From assembly GCA_001643675.2 (NCBI GenBank), contig LSRY02000007.1, forward strand, positions 248,001-312,000: DNA of 64,000 nt. The letters run 5' to 3'. The notes beneath the pieces are model-generated. The model saw only the letters and a program-made list of their open reading frames with translations, did not search any database and had not been told where the DNA came from. A program made the translations under genes and the position numbers. The DNA is from Monocercomonoides exilis PA203 (taxonomy: Eukaryota > Protista > Preaxostyla). Numbering within the stretch: position 1 is the first letter of the stretch; each line of letters starts with the position of its first letter. Positions 49,535 through 61,244 of the stretch are shown here, piece by piece.

Positions 49535-52500
49535 ATGGCTGCGCAAGGTAATATGTCAAAAGATCTATTTCAAACAGTTCGTGACATTTCGTTTGAAAAG
49601 GTGCTTGAACATATAAAAGCTGGCAACATACTCTCAATACGTGATGTAAAGCTAATAGTGCAAAATGCTACAAGTATTTTTTCTTCTGAAGAAAATTGCG
49701 TGAATGTAAAAGATGAAAATATTCGTATTATTGGAGATACACATGGTTTTTCCATTTTTGTTCATTTGTTTGTGGAAACGTTTCGTAATTTATTTTCTTT
49801 AATTTAAAAGGAACACTGAAAAACATTGATGACATTTTTTCAACTGAAATATTAAATCAATATTCTCAAGTATTTCTTGGGAATTATGTCAATCGTGGCG
49901 AAAATTCATGTGAATGGCTTTTACTTCTTTATACAGCAAAAATATGCTATTCTTCAAAGACTTATCTTCTTCGCGGAAATCACGAATGTGAATTGATGTG
50001 CAGACGTTTTGAATTTTATAAGGAGTGCACTCAGAAATACAATGAAGAGATTTTTCAACTTTTCTTGAGTTCTTTTCATGCACTTCCTCTTGCTGCTGTC
50101 GCAAGTGATGGGAGATTCTTTTGCGTTCATGGCGGATTATCTCCACGTATTGGAACGGTTTATTTTTTGAATTGAGAATATTATATCATATATTAATTTT
50201 TTATTTTGTTTACTTGCTACTTTCAATTTAGTTGGAAGAACTGTCAAAAATAAACAGACACACAGAAATTGAAAAAGATGATGCCATTGCTGATCTTCTT
50301 TGGAGTGATCCACTTCCTTTGAGCTCTCCAATGACAGCTGAAGAGAAAAATGTTTATTTTCTGCCAAATACAAAGCGTGGGATTGGCTTTTTCTTTGGGT
50401 TTGTTCTGCTTTTATTTTCTTCAATTGTATCTATTTGCTGGATTATATTCTCTATTTCTATTTGGGTATTTTAATTTGAATTCTACCTTTTTATTTAAAA
50501 AAAAATATCCAATCTGAATGCTCATTTTTAGGCCTAAAGCGATTGATGCCTTTCTCGGAAACAACCATTTCATCGCTCTTATCCGCTCTAACCAATACTC
50601 TCAGCGTGGTCTGCTGTTGGCACACACAAAAAGCGCAGGGTTTCCGTCTGTGGTGACAATTTTCTCATCGCCGAATTTTCTGGGGCTGATGAAGAACAGA
50701 GGATACATTGCAATTGTGAAGGACCAAGTGTTGAGCTTCACGAAAATGGTGAGTGCACAAGCAAATTCAAATACTTCCGCTCAAACACCATCAACTCAAC
50801 AGTCTGCAACAGCAACAACAACAACAGCAGCAACAACAGCAGCAACAACAGCAGCAACAACAGCAGCAACAACAACAACATCATCATCATCATCATCTCA
50901 ATCTTCATCTCAGATGCCTCCATCTAATTCCAATTTAGTGAGTGAAAGGACTCTTCCTCAGTCAAATGAGCAAGGCATTGCATCATTCATCGAAGCCAAT
51001 TCACTCCACCGCCTTTTCCCTTTCGCAAAATCGCCTGTTGAATCTCTGCTCCGGCTGTATCTCCAAAACGTGCCTCAAAATGCACTTTCGTCTGGACAGC
51101 CTTCAGAAAACACACAACAAACAACGAAATCTTCGGAAGGGCAACAAAACACGTCTTCTGAAGCATCGCAGCAGACATACACAAATCCAAATGCACAAAT
51201 AAGCCAGCCGAATGCTGCTAATGTTAACAATACTCCTTTTTCTCTGCCTCCACCGCCGCCTCCTCCACCTTCTTCTGTATCTGCTGCAAGTGCTGCTACT
51301 TCTAATGCTTCTTCTTCTGTTCCTTCTTCTTCTTCTGTTCCTTCTTCTTCTTCTTTATCTTCTTCTTCTTCTTTGGTTGATTCTCTTCCACCGTATTTGA
51401 AGTGGTTTCTGCAGATGGCAAGCACGTTTGAAGGAGTTGCAGCACTCGATGCAATCAATCAGAGATGGCCAGAAGGAATCAAAGAGGAAATGAAAAGCGA
51501 AGAGAAAGAAGAGAAAGAGAAAGAGAAAGAGAAGGAGAAGGAGAAGGAGAAAGAGAAAGAGAAAGAGAAAGAGAAGGAGAAGGAGAAGGAGAAAGATAAG
51601 GTGAAAGAAAAAGAAAAAGAAAAAGATGAGAAAGATAAAGAAGTGAAAGAAAAAGAGATAGAGAAAGAAAAGATGAAAGAAAATGAGAAAGAAAAGGAGA
51701 AGGAGAAAGAGAAGGAGAAAGAAGAAAAAGAAAGAAAAAGAAGGGAGGACGAGGAAGGAGAAATGAGAAGAAAAGAAAAGAAAGAAAGAAAAGAAAAGAA
51801 AAGAAAAGAAGAAAACGAAGACAAAGAAAAAGAAAAAGACAAAGACAAAGAAAAAGAAAAAGAAAAAGAAAAAGAAAAAGAAAAAGAAAAAAAGATCCAA
51901 AAAGAAGACGAAGAAGCGAATATTGAGAAAGAAGAAAAGCAATCAGAAGCACGCAACACAGAAAAGGATGTTGCAATCCCTCAAACAGAAGAAAGGGACA
52001 AGAAAGCTGAAGAATCGAATGAAACAAGTGAAAATGCGAAGAAGGACGATAAAGAGAACAAAGAAACACAAAGTCAGAAAACAATTCTGACAACTGTGGA
52101 AAACATGCCTGAAGCAGCGAATGATAAAAATGAGAATGAAAAAAAAGAGAAAGAAGAGAAAGAAGAACAAAAGGAAGCAGAAGAAAATTCGAATAATCAA
52201 AACAAAACGAATGAAACAGCAGAACATTCAAATGAAATGGCAAAAGAACCAGAAAATTTGAAGAAAGAATCAAACGAAAAGGACAGCAATGCTTCTTCAG
52301 CAGACGCAACATCAGAAATTGCACAGGAAGAAACAGAGAACAACAACACTTCCATTCCATCGACATCACCTGAGATTCATTCAGAGAATGAAACAGCTGA
52401 GCAAAAGGATTCCAATCAACAATCAACAGATGAAAGAGAACAAACATCAATGACAGCAACAGCCTCAGAAACGTCAATTACAACAACTGCAACATCTTCT

Positions 52501-55500
52501 TCTTCTCCTTCTCCTTCTTCTTCTTCTGAGCCATTTTCAAGTGACACTAAAGAAATTCCACAATCTTCAGATACTTTGAATCCAACAGAGCCATCAAATG
52601 TATCAGAGCCACAAGAATCCCTCTCTTCTTCAGAGTCATCCAGCAATGCTCCTTCAACTTCTCCTTCAACGCCATCAACTTCATCTTCCTCTCCATCAAC
52701 TCCTCCTTCAACGCCATCAAGACAGCAGCCCACAACACCCACAACACCCTCTTCTCTCTCCTCCTCTCCTTTTCTGTCTCCCAAATTCTCCACTCCAAAA
52801 TCTCTTCCTCAGCCACACAGAAGAAGCCGGCTGCTGCCAAGCAGAGAGACTGAGCCGTCGCCAGTGAGAGAGGCAGCGATGCAGATGAGGAAGCACAACT
52901 TGGCGATGAAAGTGCTGATTGCACAGAAGGAGAGAGAGAGGGAGATGGAGAAGAAGAAGGACGAGAAGGAGAAGGAGAAGGAGAAGGAGAAGGAGAAGGA
53001 GAAGACGAAGAAGAAGAGAAAGGAGGAGAAGGAGGAGAAAGAGAAAGAGGAGAAAGAGAGAAAAGAAGAGAAAGAAAAGGAAAAGGAAAAGGAAGAAGAT
53101 GAAGGTGAAAGTGATTCCAAGGATGTTAAGGAGGAGAAAGAGGAAAAAGAAGAAAATAAAAAAGAAGAGGAACAAGATGACAACGATGAGAATGAAAGAA
53201 AAGAGGAAGAAAAAGATAAAAATGCTGCAGCTGAAGCACAAAATGAAGTTAACAAGACAAAAATATCTGAAAATTCGAAGGATTCTTCAACAAATAAAGA
53301 AAAAGAGCAAAGCTCATCTCTTTCTGAGAAAGAAAAAGAAGGCACAGCATCAACAGAAGTTACAAAAAGCAGAACCGAATCAGCAGAAAAACCAAATGAA
53401 AGTGAAGGCAAAGAAAAAAGAGAAGAAAAAGAAAAAGAAAAAGGAGAAGAAAAAGAAGGAGAAAAAGAAGAAGACCTGGATTCTGATGTGATTGTTGTTG
53501 GCAGCTTCTTTTCATCTGCCAAATATCTCCGAAAAAGCTCTCTGCAGAAACAAGGCGATTTGACACGTGGAAAAAGAAATCATTCAAAAGAGAAAGGAAA
53601 AACAGAATTGAAATCAAAGAAAAACGAGAAAAGAAGCAAAAATAGTGTTCCAATTGAAGAAGTTATTGAGGTTGTCAGTGATGATGAAGCAGCATCAGAA
53701 CAGTCAGAAAATAAAGTGGAGAAGACAAAGGAACAAGAAACATTGAATAACAATGACATTTCTGTTGGATCTGAGAAGAGCGTGAATGAAGATGGAATGA
53801 AAGAAAAAGAAGAAGAGAATGAAAAAACAAAGCAAGCAATTGAAGAGAAAGATAAAATGGAAGTTATAGAGAAAGAAAAGAAGGAGAAGGAGAAAGAGAA
53901 AGAGAAAGAGAAAGAAAAGACTGAAGAAAAAGAAAGTGAAAAAGGAGAAGTTCAATCAAAAGCAAATGAATCTGAATCAAAAATAGAAGAGAGCAAAAAA
54001 GAAATAGAAAAAGAGGAAGAAAAAGAAAAGGGAAAAGGGAAAGAAAATGAAAAAGAAAAAGATGAAAATATAGCGAAGACTTCAGCAGAAACGAAAAATG
54101 AAAAGAAAGAACAAGACAAAAATGAAAGAGAAAAGGAAAAAGTTAAAAAAGAGAGAAAGAAAGAGAAAGAAAATGGAAAGAATAAGAAGAAGAGTGAGAG
54201 TAAAAGAAAGACAAAGAAAGAAGAAAAAGTTGAGAATAATGAAGATGATAGGAAAAAGGAAAAGGAAACGAAAAATGAACAAGAAAAGAAGGAAGGAAAA
54301 GAAGAAGCTGAAAAGAAAGAAGGAGAAAAGAAAGGTGATGTTGAAATGAAAGAAAGAAAGGAGCAGAAAAAGGAAGAGGAAGTTGAAAAGAAAGACGAGA
54401 AAATGGAAGAAGAGATGGAAGAGAAAGAAGAAGAAATAGAGAAGGAGAAGAATGAAAAAGAAGAAAAAGAAGTAAAAGAAAAGGAAGAAAAAGAAGAGAA
54501 GAAGAAAGAGGGAGATATGAAACCATCTGTAGAATCAAAGAAAAGCAAAAATGAAGTCAAAAGAAAAAGACCATCAACAAGAAAAAGTAAGAAGAAAGAA
54601 GAGAAAAATGAAAAGAAAGAGAAAGAGGAGGAAGTGAAGAATAATGAAATGAACAAAGAAGAAGAAGAAAGAGATGTTGAGGAGATGAAAGAGAAAGAGA
54701 AAGAGAAAGAGAAGGAAGAAAATGAAGAGAAAAAGAATAACGAAATAAATGAAAAAGAAAAGAATGCTGAGAAAGAGGAGGAACCGAAAGTGGAAGAAAA
54801 GGAAGAAGAAAAAAGAACTATTATGAAAGAAGTCGAAAAGAAAGACGAAACAATTCAAACTGAAACAAAATTTGTTCGTTTTCCTCTTCCTCTGCCAATT
54901 CCATCTTCATTTCTGGCTGACTCATTTTTGGATGATTTGTTCTCATTCGCTCATCCAACATCATTTGCTTCTTGTGCAAATGCAAAACATACCACTCATC
55001 AATTGAACAATGAAAACAAACAAAAAGGTTCTGCTATTAATCATTCTAAAGAAGAAGCAGCAGCAAAAGAAGCAGAAGAAAAAGAAGAAGAGAAAGAGAA
55101 AGAAAAAGAGAAAATCCCTGAAAAAACAGAAGAACCAAAGAAATCCAAAACTCATCCACTGTTTTCACCAACTTCGCCTCTTCTTCCGACACCTGCAGAT
55201 GCCAAATCGAAGAGCACAAAGCAAAAAGATCCATTTGCCCCACCAGTGAGAGAAGTGAGACAGACACACTCAACTCACAAGAGAGAAACAGCATCGTCTG
55301 CAGACATTCACGATGCACCTCAGCCACTTGCTGTAATTTCATCATCATCATCATCATCTTCTTCTTCTTCTTCTTCTTCTCTCTCATCACCCTCTCCTTT
55401 CATTCCTCTCTCCTTCTGCTCTCCTTCCTCCTCTCGTTTGGTGTCTGTGCTGGCTGTCGTCACCGAATGCACCCTTCCAAAGCCAACACGCACAAAAGAC

Positions 55501-58500
55501 GGACACTTCATGCAAATTGGCGAAGTCTCATCTTCCTCCAAGTCAAATTCTGACTTCCATAAATTGCTTTCATCTTCTTCATCTTCATCATCTTTCTCCT
55601 CTTCTTCAGCTTCTTCATCTTCTTCAATGCGATTCAACCTCCATCAGGATACCCAACAGTCGTGGAATCAGCTGTTCACTGAGCAGAAAAGAAACGATGA
55701 CTGGTTTGTGACGCTCAGCATAACTGATCCATCCATCTGCCCTTCGCTTCTCCCTCAGCCTTCTGCTTCTGCTTCTGCTTCTGCTTCCTCTTCATCCCCC
55801 TCTTCTTCTCAAGTCTTCTCCTCTCAAAATCTCCAATTCTCCCAATCAATCACTCCAGGCCTTTCACAAGATCTTACTTCCACACAGCCATCCACAAATG
55901 TCTCTTCTCTTCCTCTTCTGTCGTCTCGCCGCCTTGTCGTGAACATGTTCTTCCAAAAGCACGAAATCCAGTTGATGAAGCAGCTGTCACCAGGAAGTGT
56001 TGTGTGCATACAGGACATGCGAATACAGAAGCACCGGAATGAAGTGCAAGGTGTCATCAACACGAAATGGAAGACATCAAAAGTGGCTGTGATTGACAAG
56101 GAGAAGATGGAGGATGAGTGGAGGAAGATGAGTCAGATGAAGCAAAAGACAGCCAATGAGGGAAAAGGCGATAAAAAGGATGAAAAGGGAGAAAGTGCAT
56201 CTTCTTCTTCTTCCTTCTCCTCTTTTTCTTCTTCTTTGAATACTGCATCATCTCTCTTGCATTCACTATCAAATCCATCTCCTCTTCTGTTTGCATCACA
56301 AGCTGACTTGGAAGCAGTGCTTCGTGTTGTCCATCCACAATTCCCATCTTCTGCTGTTCCTCTGCTGCTGTCTCTGATCGCATTCGCTTCTTCTCTCCTT
56401 CCGCTTTGTTGTGTCAGACACGCTGCTTATTTGCATTCTGTCGAAGACACAAAGAAACTTGCATTGTATCTCTCACAAAACTTTTTGGAAGGCAAAAGAA
56501 CAGAAAATGATTCGAAGGGAATGATGGCAATTGACAACAGGGAAGAAGAGAAAGCAAACGAAAAGACAACAAATGAAAATGAAGCCATTTCAACAGAAAC
56601 AGTAAATGCAGAAGTTTCTTCAGAATCCAATCTCTTTTGGCGCAATGAAGGAACGTCCATTCAATCCATCAGAACTTCATCTGATCATTCATCTTCATTG
56701 CCATTTGCTGCTCCCTTTTCTTCTGCGTCGTATGCCTCTCTCTTCCCTTCACTCCCTCCTCCGCCTGTGTGTGTCGATGCAGCTGGCATTGTGGTTCGTG
56801 TGAGCTTCCCTTTCATCTGCCTCTTCGATCCAACCTCTCCCTTTGGACACGAACTGGCTGTTGTCGAACTTCCAACTTCTTCTCCTGTCGAAAGAGATTT
56901 CTCGTCTGCTGTTGCATCCTGTGCTGTCGAAGGAACATGCTTGAGACTTGTCAATCTTGAAGTGTCGCTGTCAAAGAAGTATCTTAACTCTTCTGTGAAT
57001 GTGGAAGGTAAAAATAACAAAGAAACAAGAAAGTCAAATGAAGGAATGAAAATTGTGAATGAAAATCAAAGAAAAGCATTGTCACACACTTCAAAGAGCA
57101 CGCGATTTGCAGCTTCTTCATCGTCTCTTCTCTTCTCTTCATCGTTATCTTCTTCTTCTTCTTCTTCTTCTTCTTCGCTTTCAAGTATTTCTCCAATGAG
57201 CCAAACTGAATTGGAGTCATCTTACAGAGAAGCCGTTTCTATTGCTCGACAGCGTATTATTGCATTGAGAATAAAATGTGCTCATCTTCAAAGAGAAAAA
57301 ATAAAACAGACAAGAAAAAAAGGAAATGCACAAGAAATGGAAATTGAAGATGCAGATGAAATGAATAATTCGAAAAAAGAGAAGATTGAAAATAAATCCA
57401 AAGAAATGGAATCTGAAGAAAATATTGTTGAAACATCCAATCAACAGCAAGTGGAGCCAAATAAAGTTAAAGAATTATCCAATAAAAATAATGCAATCGT
57501 TAATTCGGTTGAAAAGGATTCATCATCATCAGTTCAAAATGACTCGATGGAAAAAGAAGAAAAGTCTGAAAGAAACGCCATTTGTCAGCAGACACAAACA
57601 TCTGCAAGAGACATTCCATTCACAAAACTTGATCCAATTCAATTTCCTTCTTTGGAAGGCGCATCAAACAACCAGTTTGTCGATTCACTTCCGATTTTGC
57701 CAAAAGAAATCTCACAACAAATTGAATGTGATCCATTGTGTTATGATGTCATTGATCTTTCTTCTGTTTCTGCCTCTGCTTCTGCATCCTCATCATCATC
57801 ATCTTCTTCTTCTTCCATTCTTCCACCAGTTCTTTACACTTTCTCTTTAACTGACTCGTCTGCTTCATTGATCAACCTCCGTACTCTTCTTCTCATTCTC
57901 TCTCATTCCCCTTCTGCTTCATCTGAGTTTCCAGTCAAAAAAGAAGAAGAAGCACAAGTATTTTCTGAGAAGCCATCTGAAGAACTCCAAAAAGAATTGT
58001 TTACACCTTTTTCTGCATCTTCCCTTTGGACAGAATCTGAAAGTGTTTCTCTTCCATCGTGTGAATATTCCCTTATGAATGTGTTTGAAGGAGAAGACGA
58101 TGAGCTGTTTTCTGAGATTGAAGAAGAACATAAATCTTCTCCTGCTTCTTCGGAGCTTTTATCTTCTTGCAATGAAAAAGAAGGTAAAGCAGAAGAAGAA
58201 ACAGTATCAGGTCCTGCTTCATCTTCCTCTTCCTCTGAATCCAATGAGAATGCTGATAAAAGTGCATCATCACAATCATCAACAACTTCCTCTGCTCTTC
58301 ACGAAGAATCCCAAAACAATGAGCTGACACAACTTCCAGCTGACTATTTGACTGAGACTCAGATGGAAACACAGCTTCCGCCAAAGATTCCTTCTCCTCG
58401 GCCTTCTTTGAATGCGAAGTGGGAAGCAGCGATTCTTTCTGTGAAGAAGAGCATCCAACAAGAGCTGCCATACACATTCATTGAGCTCAATGATAAGGAG

Positions 58501-60492
58501 AAGGACAAAGAAAACACACAAGAGAATGAAGCATCTGAGGAGACGAAGAGCCAAGAGCAAGACAATGGAGCAATTGACAACAAAGAAATACACAAGAGAT
58601 TGGAGTTGGCGATTGTGAAACACAATTTTGAGAGTATTTTTGATGGCAGCTTTGAGGAATTTGTGAACAATCTGAGATCGAAAAAAGACAACGACAAAAA
58701 GGAAGATCCTGAAAATGAATCGCAACAAGCTCAAACAAAGAAAAAGAAAAAGTTGAAGACTGGAGATGAAGCAGAGCAGAGCCAACATTCATCAGAAGAC
58801 AAAGAAAAATCCTCATCTGACTCAACTTCCTTTGATTACAATGTTTTATCTCTTTCTTCCATCATTGAGACGCCTCAATTAAAGCGTGTATATCTCTCTC
58901 TTCTTCGATACTATCTATTCCCAATCACTTCAATTGTGCTTCCTGACACACTTCACTCTTCTGCTTCTGCCTCTTCATCAACAGAGCCTTCATCATCTTC
59001 ATCTTCTCCTTCTTCTCCTTCTTCTCCTTCTTCTCCTTCTTCCTCTCCTTCTTCACAAGACTCCACAGCTTCTGCTGCTGAGATACTCACATTTCACATA
59101 CCACTCACAAAACTGATGCCTTTCTCGCAATCGTTGCTGAGCCAGCCTGAAAGTGCCAGCATTTCTCAGACAAGCACAAAAGAGCAGGCAGCTGAACCAG
59201 CAGCGTTTGACAAGGAATCAACGATTGTCACCTCCCAGTCATCTGAGCCATATGTCCTCACACCCTCTGCTAATTCTGCCTTCAGCCTTCTTCCTCCTCT
59301 CCAGCGCTTGTCTTCACCTGCAGCCCCGCCTCTGTCTATGATTATGTCGCAGCCTCTTTCATACTCTCAGTCATCTCCTCCGTTTTCTGCTTTTTCTCCT
59401 CCAACTCCAGCCATTTCTCAGACACTTTCACAGCTGAATTCTGCATCTACGCTGTGCTTTGTGGTCAAAGCAGCCATTCAAGAAGTTCGACTCCATCATC
59501 TTCCCTCTGCTTCTGATCAGCCAATTAACAATTCGACTATTCCTTTTTGCTGTCTGCCGTTCTGCCTAAAATGCAATCAGCTCTGCCAATGGATAGATGC
59601 AGATGATGAAGTTGGGAAAGAAAACAATGAAAAGAATGAACACGAAAGAGAATCGGGTGAATCAAACGTGATCGTAAAAGCAAGTGCTGAACCACAAGTT
59701 CGAAGGAAAAGAGGAAGGCCACGAAAAACTGACAATAATTTAAGCGAAGCTTCAAAAGCGGATAAAAGAGATAATTCTTCTGATGCCTCGATGAAGCCAA
59801 CAAAGAGAAGGAGGAGCCAAGTTATTGATTCATCAATAAAAACGACTTCATCATCTTCTTCATCTTCTTCATCATCTTTATCAACATCTGAAGAAGAGCT
59901 TTCTACAAAGAGAATGATGAATACCAATTCCTCTCCCCCAAACAGTCAAAACACAAAGAAATACAAACAATGCTTCAAATGTCCTTCTTGTAATTTGCAG
60001 TTCCATCCAACGTCGATGTCAGAAGAAGAGGAAAAGAATGTTAAATGGGAATGGAACGTATCATTTCTGTTGTATGATCCATATTCTATTGATCTGTTTC
60101 CTACGTCTGTGCAAAGTCATTCTTCGACTGTATCTTCTCAGGCAGAACCTGAAGCAAACTCATCACTAAATAATGAATTTTCGACTCTTCATTCATTGAA
60201 ATGTTCTCTTTCTTCTGATTCTGCATCTCTTTTCTTTGGCGCACAGCCAACAAACCTCTTCACTTCAACAAGCACCGCCAATCGTGTTGCATTTTGCTTC
60301 CAGAAATTCCATGTCTTTGATTTTGGAGACGCTCTTCATTCTTCTTTGGACAGAGACAGCCGCAAAGCATCAGCACATTCTGGTGGCTGCAGCTGCAGGG
60401 CTTGTTTGGCCAGGCGCCCCAGGTCGCTCTTCGGCATCTGCCACTCAGACTCCTCTTATTCCATTATAAGCACCTCGGTTTCTATGAAATGA
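49535..60492 (+). CDS. Fusion: calcineurin A-derived pseudophosphatase + charged linker + POT1/TEBP-alpha-like OB-fold module, ~3561 aa; exons 49535-49745, 49811-50157, 50232-50398, 50532-60492
   Basis: Three GT-AG introns assemble GDTHG, GNYVNRG, RGNHE, VHGGLSP, DLLWSDP and GFPSVVTIFSSPNF. The last exon is one stop-free 9.96-kb frame holding the end of the phosphatase domain, an autoinhibitory-like [15 protein letters not shown] and three POT1-like OB segments. Confidence 0.8.
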
Positions 60493-61244
60493 GGTTCCAA
60501 TTTGTAAAAAAAAAAAATAAAGTTGTTTCGTTGTTTTCTGTTTATATTCCACAAATAGTATGAATCGTGAAGTCTTTCAGATTTTTTTTAATTTTTGGAG
60601 CAAAAACGACAGATATTTGAAACTTTATGGGATCTTTTTTCAATTTCTTTTTCTGATTGAAGTGAATCCCTAAACAAAAATGTTTTTATTTAAACATAGT
60701 AAAAATAATTAAAAATTTAAAATTCCACACAAAAATAGAAACGATGATACGAAGAAAAACAAATAATTTGTTCTCCGCAGAATGAAATAGCTCTCATAAA
60801 GAGAGAAAAAAGAAAAAGAAAAAGAAAAATCATCTTCGGTCATTTGTTCTCCTAATTACACTCTAAAGCTCAGCAATACGCATTGTTCTCGCAAATCTTA
60901 TGTGCAAGTTTAATAATCTTTGATAATTGGTTTTTGGGAATGGTATGCTTAGCATCCTTTTCGGAGTCAAAAAATGCTCCCTAAGCAAACGAAGCAGCCC
61001 CTTACCAAAAGCCATTTATCAAAAAATATCAACACTTGATAAAATACATCGATAACTATTTCCTGCATTGAAGAAATCAATCTTTCTTTCAATCTATCGG
61101 AAGAAAAGATCTAACAATTGGTGAAATGTGTAGATTTCAGAGAGATGGAGTTAGCTTATGCAGGAAAACAGGCGTTTCGCAGAGCAAGTGATGAGACTGC
61201 GATGGCATCGACCTAGATGACGTTATAATCATGCAGGACTGTAT

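Noticed and set aside
51355-55390. Many long antisense or alternate-frame ORFs (also 24562-29334 and within the receptor genes)
   Set aside because: They are shadows of low-complexity or codon-biased coding sequence, giving poly-Phe/Ser/Leu products with no independent evidence.
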